Translations under genes and position numbers: made by a program
In this document: positions 39,278 through 52,644 of the stretch, one piece after another
How positions within the stretch are numbered: the stretch's first letter is position 1
Layout: each line of letters opens with the position of its first letter
DNA from: Octopus vulgaris
Lineage: Eukaryota
Direction of reading: 5' to 3'
Assembly: GCA_951406725.2 (NCBI GenBank)
Contig: OX597827.1
Location: 44,640,001 to 44,704,000, forward strand
Length of the DNA: 64,000 nucleotides
Notes under the pieces: model-generated
Told to the model about the DNA's origin: nothing
Seen by the model: only the letters and a program-made list of their open reading frames with translations
Databases searched by the model: none

Positions 39278-39616
39278 ATATATGTATATGTGTGTATATA
39301 TATATATGTGTGTGTGTGTGTATATATATATGTGTGTGTGTGTGTATATATGTATATGTGTGTATATATATATATGTGTGTGTGTGTGTATATATATATA
39401 TATGTGTGTGTGTGTATATATGTATATGTGTGTATATATGTGTGTGTGTGTGTGTATATATATGTATATGTGTGTGTGTATATATATGTGTGTGTGTGTA
39501 TATATATGTGTGTGTGTGTGTATATATGTGTGTGTGTGTGTGTATATATATGTGTGTGTGTGTGTATATATATATATATGTGTGTATATATATGTATATG
39601 TGTGTATATATATATA

Positions 39617-39670
<54 letters not shown>
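39172..39670. repeat. ~500-bp compound (TG)n/(TA)n satellite
   Basis: Direct reading; source of several spurious ORFs. Confidence 0.95.
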
Positions 39671-39673
<3 letters not shown>

Positions 39674-40977
39674 CATTCTTTTGAGAGGTGGTTAGAAACA
39701 TTATTATCATTCTGATAACACCCTAACTGTGTTTTAATTTTAATGTTAAAATTTGGATGGTTGAGCACATTGAATATAAGACTCTCTAATGGAAGGGATG
39801 TTAGTTTGAAAATCACGACGTTCCAGTAATTTATGCTAATCTTTGCTTTGTAAAATGTAGTTTTCATTTAGATATTATCTTTGTTGCCTTCTGATGCAGG
39901 CTTAGGTATGTGTGTGAGTGTGCATGTGTGCATTTTATCCTGTTCGGTCATTTTGCCTGCAGCCATGCTGAGACACCACCTTGAACAGTTTTTAGTCAAA
40001 CAAACTGACCATAGTACTTAATTTTTCTTTTTTAGGCCTAGCTGTTATTTTGTCAGTCTCTTTCTGCCAAACCTCTAACTTATGAAGATGTAAATAAACT
40101 GACACGGGTTGGCAAGCAAAGACAAACATAAAGACACAACTACACACACACACACACACATATGCATGTACCCTTTACTCTTGTCTTATCAAATACATGA
40201 GGACCTCTCTGTTGCTGGTGCCATGACAGAATGTACCCAATGTACACTTAATAGTGGTTGATAATAGAAAGAGCCTCCAGCTATTGAAAGCGAACCAAAC
40301 ATGAAATATGAGTGAGATATGGTCTGCCAACAACAAATTGTAAAGGGCAAAAGTTTCTAATGAGAAGTGATTAGAAACCATCCATCCCTTGTTAAGCTAT
40401 CCATCCCTTGCTAGGATGGTAATTACATGTAAAACGATAAAGAATTTTCGATACGTGCATATGTATATACATATTTATGTGTGTTCATGAATAACTAAAC
40501 ATTTTTGCATATACTAACATGTGTATATGCAAAAGGCATAGCTGTGTTGTAAGAAGTTTCCTTCCCAACTGCATGGTTCCTGGTTCAATCCCGCTGTGTA
40601 GCAACTTGGTCAAGAATATGTATGTTTGATTGTATCTATGGGTGTGTGTGTGTGCCTCATCATCATCTTCAGCATCATTTAACCTCCATTTTCCATGCTG
40701 GCATGGGTTGGACAGTTTGACTGAGGTCTGGAAAGCCAGCAGCTGCACCAGGCTCCAATCTGATCTGGCAATGTTTCTACAGCTGGATGCCCTTCCTAAT
40801 GCCAACCACTCTGAGAGTGTAGTGGATACATTTTACGTGCCACCGGCACAGCAGTCAGTCAGGCATCCCTGGCATCAGTCACATTTGGATAATGCTATTT
40901 ACGTCCCACCGGCATGGGAGCCAGTCAGGTGGACATGGCATTGACCATGTTCAGATGGTGCTTCTATATATATATAT

Positions 40978-41291
40978 ATCACCGTGATCACCGTGACCGA
41001 CCAGGCTATCAGATGTTGCTACACATCGCTGGTCACAATGCGCTTCGCATTGTTTTTTTAGCCTTCAAATGATGCCATCCCACTGGCTAAGCGAGCAGGC
41101 CAACAGAAGAAAGAGTGAGAGAAAGTTGTGGCGAAAGAGTACAATAGGGATCGCCACCACTCTCTGCCAGAGCCTCATGGAGCTTTAGGTGTTTTTGCTC
41201 AATAAACACTCACAATGCCCGGTCTGGGAATCGAAACCGCGATCCTACGACCGCGAGTCCGCTGCCCTAACCACTGGGCCATTGCGCCTCC
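40978..41291 (-). mobile_element. Full-length tRNA-derived SINE family 3
   Basis: Minus head GGAGGCGCAATGGCCCAGTGGTTAGG..GGTTTCGATTCCC (A and B boxes), tail ..GGTCACGGTGATCACGGTGA; a second copy is at 47353-47606 (+). Confidence 0.85.
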
Positions 41292-41337
41292 ACACACACA
41301 CACACACACACATACATATATATATATATTCTTGATC

Positions 41338-41412
41338 ACAGCTGCCCAGTGAAAAGGAAAGTGAAACTCTGAGTAGCAATTTATTTGTGATGTTTTTGCA
41401 GCTTTAATAAAA
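41338..41412 (+). mobile_element. Decayed second copy of the hammerhead-bearing mini-element
   Basis: GCTGC-CCAGTGA..GT-GAAACTCTGAGTA-GCA..TGCAGCTTTAATAAA aligns to the reverse complement of 36541-36620. Confidence 0.55.
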
Positions 41413-42055
41413 AATAAGTGTGTGTGTGTGTGTGCATGTTTTGCTATCACCTTTCTTTGGCATTGCATGATAGTTATGATAGCTGTTAATAGGTTTCACC
41501 ATCATACTAGCAGTACCTTTGGTTTCAAATCTTCTGTGAAGATGTGTCTGATTCATCATCATCGTTTAACATCCACTTTTCATGCTAGCTTTGGTTCGAC
41601 GGTTTGACAGGAACTGGCAAGACCAGGGGCCACACGCCAGGTTTCTCATGCCAACCACTTTATAGAGTGCACAGGGTGCTTTTTACATGGCACCATCACC
41701 AGTGTTTTTTACACGGTATACATATGAAGATACTTTCTGTATATACATATGTGTGTGTGTACATGCTTGTATAACTAGAAGTTTTTGTGCATTGTACAGA
41801 TATAAGTATTGGTGCCAACATATAACTGTGTAAGGAGACTCGTATTTTTATATACCTTCATATGCATGCCAGTATATACCTGTATAAATATACACTCACA
41901 ATTTTCTATACTTATACACATGTACATATATAGATATATATATGTACAAGAGAAACATTTGTCCCATCCAGGACTGCCACATTATGTTGGCAAATAGTCT
42001 TTACTTTAAGTACTGTTACTGAATATCTCTTTTTGAGAGATTTAGAAATAATAAT

Positions 42056-42097
<42 letters not shown>

Positions 42098-42399
42098 ACA
42101 AATTCCAATGTAGTAGAGACACATGCAAAAGAATATTGACATTTACCTATATGTGTACACATGCATACATACACACACATACACATATATATTGTTATAT
42201 ATTGTGTTTGGTATTAAATATAGATGGCGATAGTGATGAGGCTGCTCGAATCTTTTGACATCTTTTGTAGAACAGCAATAGAGCTTTCAGTTTTCAGCCA
42301 GTCATGCGGCTTCCTCCAATTGATGATGGTTCCATCCGTGGTTGTGTTGAGGAAAAACGGCTGCTTAAAAGAACTATTTTGGCTTCATGTCAATCACTA

Positions 42400-42767
42400 G
42401 CATCATCAACATCATCATCATCATCGTCGTTGTTGTTGTCATCACCATCACCACTACCACCATCAACAACAACATCACTGACATTGCTTCATCATTACCA
42501 CCACCACCACCACCACCACCACCGCATATATCACTTTCATTACTATTGACATCATCATCATTTACTTTCATTACCACCTCCATCACCACCACCACCATCA
42601 TCATCACCTATCGTTACCATTCATCATTAAGGCGACAACCGCCATCATCAGTATCATCCCCATTACCACCACCACCACCAACAACAACAATAACAACATC
42701 ATCATTGTTATTTTTGTCACTGATTTGTTATATAGTCCATTCAGGGCAACAGCTGTGTGTAGTAAGA

Positions 42768-42803
<36 letters not shown>

Positions 42804-43470
42804 AAATGGTGTTATTGGTCAGAAAACGTATCTTTATAGTGAACCAACCATCATTTTCTTTGTCACCACCACTACCACCATCATCATTACCTTCTCTTTA
42901 CATTTATCAGTAATTCCATTGTCATCACCATCGTTATTTGGATCATTTTCACGGTTATCTTCAGCAACATCTTCAGTTCATCACTGTCACTATCTTCACC
43001 ACCAATGTCAGCAGTAGCAGCAGCATTTGTTGTTGTTGTTATTGTTTCCGATTTAGTTCAGGTAGAGCATCAGCTATGTGTGCGTGTGCGTATGTGTGTG
43101 TGTGTGTCTGTGTGTGCGTGTGCATGTGTATGCATATCTGGATGTACGTGTGTGTTTGAATGTGTGTTGCATGCGCTCATATGTGTGTGTGTGTGTGTGT
43201 GTGTACATGTGTGTATGTGTGAGGATGTGTGTTTTTGAGTATGTGTGTGTGTATGTATTTGCATGTTTGAATATGAGTGCGTGAGTATATATTTGTATGT
43301 GTGTGTGTGCGTGCATGTGTATTTATGCTTGTGTGTGTGCATGTATGTACATGTGTATATATATATATATAGATCTGAGTACTTGTATGTGTTTGAGTAT
43401 GCGTACATGTATCTATGTACCTGTGCGAGTGTGTGGTTCGGTGGTGGTGGTGGTGGTGGTGGTGTTCTAA
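42400..43470. repeat. Low-complexity (CAT/CAC/CAA)n block followed by degenerate (TG)n
   Basis: Direct reading. Confidence 0.9.
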
Positions 43471-43871
43471 ATGTGTCATAAGTCTTTTCCAATGTGAAAC
43501 AATAAGGTTTCCTATACATTCTGACACAGAACAACTAAGATGTGTGGCTATGTCACTCTCTTGCTGAGTCTCTTTAATTCCCTGGAGTTTTCTAAAAGTT
43601 GCTGAAGTATTTGTCATTAGCTTCCTGGTAAATGAATACAATGAAATTCTAAAGTTTTCCGTCTGTGTTTCTATGAGTACATATATGCAAATACATATGT
43701 GTGTGTGTGTGTATTTATTTTACAGCACAAAGCTGTAAAAGTGCTTATTACACCCTTGTGTCAAAAGTAAGTCTTTATATATTTGATAAATATATCATTT
43801 GTAAGGGAAACAGAATTATATATTCAAGCCAAGGCTTTCCTCAATCGGTCTGAAAGTCAACTGTTCGTATC

Positions 43872-44215
43872 ATGAATGAATGAATGAATGAATACCAATA
43901 TTTTAAATCTGGGTTTGTCCCTGTTAATGGGTGTAGCCGGATCTACCTCACTCTTATAGCAGCCACTCTCACACCGTCTCGCCTGGATTTGGGCGTCCTC
44001 CCTTCTCAAACCAACCCTCCTAATTTCCTCCTCCACCTGTCCTCTCTGCATTTTCTTTGATTGACCTCGCTTTTGTGGTTCATTCACTTTAAACTCAAGC
44101 ACTCTCCTCAGAACATGGTCCTCGTCCCTCTTCGACACATGTCCATACCACCGCACTCTATTCACCCTTCCCAGCTGTTCCACTAATTCCTCCAACCGCA
44201 CCATCCCCATCAAGT
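43872..44215 (-). mobile_element. RTE LINE 3' end with (ATTC)n tail
   Basis: ORF 43857-44213: RVRWYGHVSKRDEDHVLRRVLEFKVNEPQKRGQSKK; tail at 43872-43892. Confidence 0.85.
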
Positions 44216-45144
44216 CCTTAGCCTCCCTTTTATCAATGAATTGAAAAGTAATTAGATTTGTGTTGCGATGACTGAGACATTAGACTTCTCAAGAAAGTCT
44301 TCCCTATGCACTCTGCATGTTAATGGAACCAGGGCAAATGGAAGAACTTAACTGTCTTAGGCCCATATTACAAGTGATACAAGGCAAGAGGCTGAGTTGG
44401 GTGCTAAAATTGCAGGTGCCAGCACAATAACACCTTAGCTCCTACATTCAATCTTCGGAAGAGCAGAAGAAAAGGAAAGGTTGGTAAAACATCCAAACTT
44501 GCTGTCTTCGATTTGGTTTTTGTGCCTATCCTTTCATATGTTCCATGCTTTAATAGGTCATGTGGAGTTTGTTGAGGTGCATCTTCTGCAGCTGAATGCC
44601 CTTCCTGTCACCAACCCTCATCTGCTTCCAAGTAGAGTAATATTTCCCCATAGCCAGACATGTTTTCATGGAAGATTGGACAAATGTAAACAAATATCAC
44701 TGCTTTGCATGCTGGCGATATTTACAACTATTGTGGTGTCAAGTCAATGAAACAGTAATGCACCCCCCACACACACACACTATTTAAAGCAGTTTGATTC
44801 AGTTCCATGCTACTTCAAGTTTTGCGGACCCCTAATGGGAGCCCAGCTCCTTTAAGCTTCTGGAATGCAAAATGTAGAGCTCCAGGAAGTATATATATGT
44901 ATATATGTCTGTCTATATGTATGCACACAAGCATTCACTGGTATACAAATTTATACACATGTACATACACACACTGTGTGTGTGTATGTGTGTGTGTGTG
45001 TACTAATCTTCTGATTCAAGGACCAAGAGATTCTTGTATTGCACTAATGGATCATTTTGTTTTTCATTATTTATCTTAAAACATCTTTCTTACCACTCAA
45101 CTAATAAAGAGCGAGTGTTTATGTATATTTATGTATACATAAAG

Positions 45145-45527
45145 ATGCTGGAGTGGTTGTGTGGTAAACAGCTTGCTTACCAACCACATGGTTCCGGGTT
45201 CAGTCCCACTACATGGCGCTTTGGACAAGTGTCTCCTACTATAGCCTCGGGCCGACCAAAGCATTGTCACTGGATTTGGTAGATGGAAACTGAAAGAAGC
45301 CCATCGTACATATATATATGTGTGTGTGTGTGTGTCTCTTTGTTCCCCCCAACATCGCTTGACAACTGATGCTGGTGTGATTACGTCCCCGTAACTTAGC
45401 AGTTCAGCAAAAGGAACCGATAGAATAAGTACTAGGCTTACAAAGAATGAGTCCTAAGGTTAATTTGCTCAACTAAAGGCAGTGCTCTAGCACAACGACA
45501 GTCAAATGACTGAAACAAATAAAAGAA
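45145..45527 (+). mobile_element. Full-length family 1 SINE
   Basis: Matches 19140-19530. Confidence 0.9.
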
Positions 45528-46265
45528 TATATAATCATTTAATGTTTGTGTTCCATGCTGGCATGGGTTAAACAGTTCAACCTGATCCACTGAGCTTAAA
45601 ATGCAGTCCTGTGGTTCTTCAGATCCTGTCCAACCAACCAACCCATGCCAGCCAGCATGGCATGGACATTACATGATGATAGTATAATATTTGTCTATAT
45701 ATATACATACATACAGCTCCATGTCAAACTGTCCAGCCTTTGTCCGCATGGAAGGTGGACGTTAAATGATGATGATGATGATATATATATATATATGCAC
45801 ACTCACACACATAAACACACACATATACACTCCTCAGTTTTTATTAGTTGAGTGGTTAGTGATAGTAAAGATGTTTTAAGATAAATAGCGCAAAGACAAA
45901 AATACTTGCCCTGAGAATTCACCTAAGAATTCACACTATCTAAATTAGTAGAAGAATCCCACACATACAGTCAGGTAATAATAGAAATACAAAAAAAAGT
46001 CTTATTTCAAAGCAGAATACAAGGAATTCGTTTCACTCATATATGTGTATATATTTATGTACGTATGTATGTGTGTGTATAAGTATGTATGTATGTATAT
46101 ATATATGCACACATACATACGTGTGTGTGTATATGTATATATATATATATACATGCACACTCACACATGTATACATACATGTGTGTGTATATGTATGTAT
46201 GTATGTATATATATATATATACACGCACACTCACACTTATATACATACATGTGTGTGTGTGTATG

Positions 46266-46299
<34 letters not shown>

Positions 46300-46787
46300 C
46301 ACACACACACACACACACACTCAGTTTTTATTGGTAATGTGAAAGATGTTTAAAGACAAAGAAAGAAAAATGTCCATAAAAAGTAATATTAATCAGGACA
46401 TTGTTCTGTCACAACTTCCAATTTAATTGTCATTCACTGAAGGAGATTTATATGAGGTTTTTTCTCCTTTACGCTAATGTTTTTTCCCCTTTTTTATTCA
46501 ATCATCTGTCCTTCATTTATCAGTTGGAATGTTTCTTTTTGTGTGGTCTGTCATAAAGTTTTGTTGCATCCTGAAAACAAAACTGCATCTGATCATAAAA
46601 CACCACCACCAACAGCAAAAACAAAAAAAAAGAAGACATCTTTCACTGGAAAAAAAAAGAAGAAAATAGCAACCCTAATTATACATCAAAAATAGTCAGT
46701 TTTATCTAAAAAAAAAAAAAAAAAGTTCCTGAGACACACTCTACCAACACCACACACACTACAAAAGTAAAACTTAGCATCAGAAAA

Positions 46788-47258
46788 TTAACCCTTCAAC
46801 ATTTAAACCAACCATGTCCAACTCAAATATTCTACCTGTTTTATGTTCAAACTGATTAAATCTGGCCTGACCTCTCATACCTACCCCACAATGTCATTCT
46901 AAAAATAAGCAATCACATCTTCAAAATCTCAAAACTACAAGATAATACACGATTAATGCAAAACAATGTGAATAAATAAGCATTAAATTTGACAGAATAG
47001 CCTGAGTGCTAAGGGTTTAAGCAAGGAATGTGACATACAGAATAAACCTTGGGTTAACTCTTTAGCATTTAAACCGGACACACCTGACCAAAATATTCTA
47101 TTTGTTTTATGTTGAAACTGGCCAGATCCAGCCTCTAACACCTACCCTACAATGTCATACTAAAAGTAAGCAATCCCATAATCTAAATCTCAAAGTGACA
47201 AGATAATGCATGATTAAGCATTACATTTAACAAACTAATCTGAATGCTAAAGAGTTAA
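46788..47258. mobile_element. Two tandem piggyBac-type MITE A copies (46788-47020, 47054-47258)
   Basis: The second copy has perfect ends TTAACTCTTTAGCATT / AATGCTAAAGAGTTAA. Confidence 0.85.
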
Positions 47259-47352
47259 AATGCAAACCAGCAGTTATTTTATGTCCAGCTGTGTGAATAA
47301 GATATGGACTCTGCATGCAGTAGTGCTGGCTGCCTGTCTAGGAGGGCAAAAC

Positions 47353-47606
47353 TTTCAATTCCCAGACTGGGCATTGTGCATGTTTATTGAGTGAAAACAC
47401 CTAAAGCTTCATGAGCCTCCAGCAGGGTGTGGTGGCGATCCCTGCTGTACTCTTTCACCACAACTTTCTCTCTCTCTTTTTTCTATTGGCCTGCTTTCTT
47501 AGCCAGCGGGGTGGCGTCATTTAAAGGCTAAAACGATGCAAAGCACATTGTGACCAGCGATGTGTAGCAACATCTGATAGCCTGGTCGGTCATGGTGATC
47601 ACGGTT
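47353..47606 (+). mobile_element. 5'-truncated family 3 SINE
   Basis: Reverse complement of 40978-41237. Confidence 0.85.
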
Positions 47607-47805
47607 ATATATATATATATGTATATATATATATAAATTAAATTAGAGATAAAACTACTATTAGGCAAATCAAACAGTGAAAAACATAAACCAAAACATA
47701 AAAATAAAAATAATTAATATAATATACAAAATATATAAAATTTAAAAGTTTAAATTATTTAAATTTAAATTTAAAATTAAAATTATTAATTTATATTTAT
47801 AAATT

Positions 47806-47842
<37 letters not shown>

Positions 47843-48761
47843 ATATAAAACCACTCAGTGTGGCTCTGTGGCCAAGAAATTTGTTTCCCAGCCAAGTGAT
47901 CTCAGGTTCAATTCCACTGCGCAGCACAATGTAGCCCTGGGTCAACTAAAGTCTTGTGATTGGATATGATTGACAAATTAGCCCATCATATATATATATA
48001 TATATAAGTATGTGTCTGTGTGTGTGTGTGTACTCTTGTCTTGATAAGGTTGTAAATGAGCATCACTGTCATACAAGCAATGTTTTTCGTTTTTAGTCTT
48101 TCATGTGAAGCATGTCCAGCTGTGGGGAAATATGAGCTTGCTTGGAAACAGATGAGGGTCAGTGACAGGAAGGGCAACCAGTCATAGAAAACAGAAAATC
48201 TGTCTCAGCAAATTCTGTCTGACTCGCACGAGATTGGATCTAAATAATAGTGATGATGATGCTGATGACAACAACATCGATATAATCTTGTCTTTACATT
48301 ATCCTATCTGTTTGTCTATTTTTGTCTCTCTGTTTCCTTACTCTTTTCGATTTTCATCTCTTCCATCCATCTGCCTATTTATTTCATCTTCCTTCCATCT
48401 CTCTCTCTCTCTTTCCCCTTCTCTGAATTCATCCAACCAACCAACCATCAATTAATCATATGTGCAAGTAAAATTAATCTGATCTCAGACATGTATTGTA
48501 CAAATTTTTCCGAGAGACAAAATCTGACCCTAACAACTTAAAACAGAGCAAGACCTACTCACCACTACACATTCTTACATCTTCTCTATTTCCAGAACAC
48601 CCTTGCACATGATCCAAACTTGTCATTGCAGGGCTGCTATATATGAATCTAACTGTGTATATCACTTGCATTGCATTGTCTGCCTCACAAATTGTCTAAT
48701 TGATCCTAAACACCACTGAAAGTTCACTGCAGCACAGCCTCAATATTAAGTGCTTAACACC

Positions 48762-48972
48762 TCTTTTACTCTTTTATTTGTTTCGGTCATTTGACTGTGG
48801 CCATGCTGGAGCACCGCCTTTAGTCGAGCAAATCGACCCCAGGACTTATTCTTTGTAAGCCTAGTACTTATTCTATCGGTCTCTTTTGCCAAACCAATAC
48901 GAGGACATAAACACACCAGCATCCGTTGTCAAGCGATGTTGGGTGGGGGGGGGGGCAAACACAGACACACGA

Positions 48973-49015
<43 letters not shown>

Positions 49016-49173
49016 ACGGGCTTCTTTCAGTTTCCGTCTACCAAATCCACTCACAAGGCTTTGGTCGGCCCGAGGCTATAGTAGAAGACACTTGCCCAAG
49101 GTGCCATGCCATGGGACTGAACCCGGAACAATGCAGTTCGTAAGCAAGCTACTTACCACACAGCCACTCCTAC
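48762..49173 (-). mobile_element. Young full-length family 1 SINE
   Basis: Near-consensus copy with CpGs retained. Confidence 0.9.
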
Positions 49174-49586
49174 CTTTTAACTTACAAACAGCTGTCATTG
49201 TTGTTTAACCCTAGGTTGGCTTTAATCTAAGTGACCTATGATCAAAAGCATTTCTCTCTTGATCTTCCCATTCTCTCTCTCTTTCTCTCTTTTGTTGTCA
49301 TTTCTTTTTCTGGATTCTCATTATCCAATGAATCCTTTCATCCTAACTGCTAGTAATAGCAGATTTTATTGTTATTGCTAGCAATTTTTGAGCAACAGTG
49401 TAGAGGCTCCTGATTTTGGGAAAATTCCTTTACCTGGCTGTGTATTTATTTTTTCTTTCTTCTAAATAGTAGAGCTCACTTATTTCTTTGCATCTGTAAA
49501 TAATTATCTACTTATTCTACAATTAATTTACATCTGTTTCTTTTTTACCTGTCCTACACACAAACACACACACTCTCACTCTCTCT

Positions 49587-49647
<61 letters not shown>

Positions 49648-49919
49648 GTATGTATGTGCATGTGCCCTATATGGATCTGGAAAGACCACATTTCAAATGA
49701 GGATACAGCACACAGTAATATAGCTTGCATATATTATGTTGATAGTAAGAAGCCCTATGGAAAACTCCTTTTCATGGGTCTATTGCAGCTGATGTATATG
49801 CATGCTTGTGTGTGTGTGTGTGTGAAAGGGACAACTTCATTTTTCCATCCCTTTCCTTTTTGTTATCCCTATGTGTGACATTTTGTTACTATATGTGAAA
49901 GGATCCTGGTGACAATAAT

Positions 49920-49922
49920 AGG

Positions 49923-49957
<35 letters not shown>

Positions 49958-50310
49958 CATTATTAAGGCAGTGAGCTGGTAGAATCGTTAGCTATTTCAT
50001 GTTACTACCTTCTGAGTTCAAATTCAACCAAAGTTCATCTTTGCCTTTCATCCTTTCAGGGTCAATAAATCAAATTACCAGTGAAACACTGGGGACGATG
50101 TAACCAACTAATCCCACCCACCATTTCAGGCCTTGTGCCTATAATAGAAAGGATTATTATTATTATTAAAGTGGTGAGCTGGCAGAATTGTTAGCATGCT
50201 AGGGAAAATTCTTAGCAGTAGTTCATGTCTTCACATTTTGAGTTTAAATTCCACTGAGGTCAGCTTTGCCAGTCATCCTTTCAAGGTCGATAAATTAAGT
50301 ACCAGTGAAA

Positions 50311-50347
<37 letters not shown>

Positions 50348-51247
50348 GAAGGCTGTGATCTGAGTTCAAATTCTTCCAAGGTCAACTCTGCCTTTCGTCT
50401 TTTCGGGGTTGGTGAAATAAGTACTAGTGAAATACTGGGGTTGGAGTTGATGTAATCGACCAGTCCTCTCACCTAAAAAATTTCAGGCCTTGTACCCTTC
50501 AAAGGATTATTATTATTTTCATTATTATTTTTATCGTTATCATTAAGGCAGCAAGCTGGCAAAATCATTAGCACACCGGACGAAATGCTTAGCGGTATTT
50601 TGCCCATCGCTACATTCTGAGTTCAAATTCCTTTGTGGTCAACTTTGCCTTTCATCCTTTCATGGTCGATTAATTAAATACTGTGAAACACTGGAGTCAG
50701 TGCAATCAACTAGGCCCCTCCACCACTATTTCAGGCCTTGTGTCTATAGTAGAAAGAATTATTATTATTATTATTATTACGGTGGCAAGTTGGCAGAATC
50801 GTTAGCTTGCCGGGCAAAATGTTTAGCAGTATTTTACCTGTCGCAGTGTTCTGAATTCAAGTTCAAGTTGCCTTTTGTCCTTTTGGGGTCAATGTAATCA
50901 ACTTAATCCCCTCCCACAAGCTACCCTTGTGGCAAAAATTTGAAATCCTTATTGTTAATATCATTATTATAATCATTATCATCATCATCGTCATCATCAT
51001 CATTATTATTATTGTTATTATTATTATTGTTATTATTATTATTATTATTATTATTAAGGCAGCAAGCTGACAGAATCATTAATATGATGGACAAAATGCT
51101 TAGCGATATTTTGCCTGACACTATGTTCTGAATTCAAATTCCACCAAGGTCGGCTTGGCCTTTCATCCTTTCGGGGTCGATAAATTAAGTACCAGTGAAA
51201 CACTGAGGTTGATGTAATCAACTAGTCCCCTCTGCCACAATTTCAGA

Positions 51248-51280
<33 letters not shown>
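49920..51280 (+). repeat. Head-to-tail array of ~6 family 2 SINEs (tail B) separated by (ATT)n
   Basis: Units start at about 49965, 50168, 50349, 50545, 50780 and 51056. Confidence 0.85.
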
Positions 51281-51757
51281 ATCATTACTCATAGCATTTC
51301 ACCTTTTTACTTTTTCCTAATATTTTCCGCCAGTTTTTCTCTGTATAGAGTTAGAAATTCACCTTTTCTTCCAACAGCTGAGGACGACATCCAACCCCAC
51401 CCCCTGCATGTTTCATTAATATTTGACGTCGCCATTGCCATCATCGTCGTCTTCATCACCATCGTCATCACACCCACTCCACCCCACCCTCGTCATCATC
51501 GTCGTCAACACCATTGCTGTTACTCAGATATTGCTATATCAGTTGTCTTCAAGTATTTCAACTTTAAATATGGAAAAGGTCAACTTATTGTGTGAATTCT
51601 CTTCTCATGAAAATCAAATCGGAAAATTGGAATATCTTTCTTTGTAACACGGCTTTCATCTTTTCAAAGCCTCTTGGATAGCACCATCGTTGTTGTTGTT
51701 GTTGTTATTATTGTTAGTAGTAGTAGTAGTATCATCATCATTTTATTAATATTATTA

Positions 51758-51791
<34 letters not shown>

Positions 51792-52592
51792 CATTATTAT
51801 TATTATTATTATTATTATTGATATTATTATTAGATTCGTATTGATATTATTATTGTTTTTTATCCTCTTTCTTTCTTTCTTTTTTTTTTAAAACTCTCAG
51901 CATCTCTCCAAAGTAACTTTGGAATTTTATGTAATTCAAAAGAAATTGCAGATGTGATAACCTTCAAGGAGGATGGTGACAATGATGATCATGATGATCA
52001 TGGTGGTGATGGTGGTGGTGGTAGTTATAGGGAAAGGGCTAGTGGTATAAAAGATACTATTGTGTCAGCAAAAGTTGATGCAGTTCTCACTTTACTCTTC
52101 CCCCTCCCCCACATACACCCTTCTTGTACACCCAGGTTTAGGAGAAGGAAAAGAAGAAGAAAGAGATTTTAATAATGGATAGAACTGAAGTAGTTTTCAG
52201 TTGCCTACATTCATTTAATTCAGTATGTGTGCATGGAGATGTGATCAAGTGGTTAAGAACTTCTCTTTGGAATCACAAGGTTGTGTGTTCAATCCCACTA
52301 CATGACATTTTGGGCTTTTGTCTTTCATCATACCCTAAAGTCGATCTAAGCTTTTTTGAGTGAAATTAGCTTGACATGGGTGCAGGTGTGGGTTTGAGGT
52401 AAGAACCTTGCTTCCCAACATTATGGCAACATGAGCAAGTGTCTTCTACTATAGCCTCAGGCCAACCAAAGCCTTGTGAATGGATTTGGCAGACAGAAAC
52501 TGAAAGAAGCCCATCATGTGTATTGTGTGTGTAAGGGTGCGTAAGATATTTGGTAGACAGAAACTGAAAGAAGCCCATCATGTGTATTGTGT

Positions 52593-52642
<50 letters not shown>

Positions 52643-52644
52643 TA

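Noticed and set aside
39096-39867. Long ORFs (up to 232 aa) rich in Y/I/H/T/C/V
   Set aside because: They are translations of stop-free TG/TA microsatellite; the same applies at 6764, 21284, 38528, 43070 and 46043.
41215-41291. tRNA gene
   Set aside because: A and B boxes are present but there is no clean cloverleaf, and it continues into a repeat body duplicated at 47353, so it is a SINE head.
42234-42330. C/D box snoRNA starting GTGATGA
   Set aside because: There is no downstream CTGA box D or terminal stem.
42387-42839. Pro/Thr/Ser-rich 150-aa ORF
   Set aside because: It is trinucleotide low-complexity sequence open in several frames on both strands.
49920-51280. CRISPR-like repeat/spacer appearance
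   Set aside because: Units are ~200-bp tRNA-SINEs with microsatellite linkers in eukaryotic DNA, and there are no cas genes.
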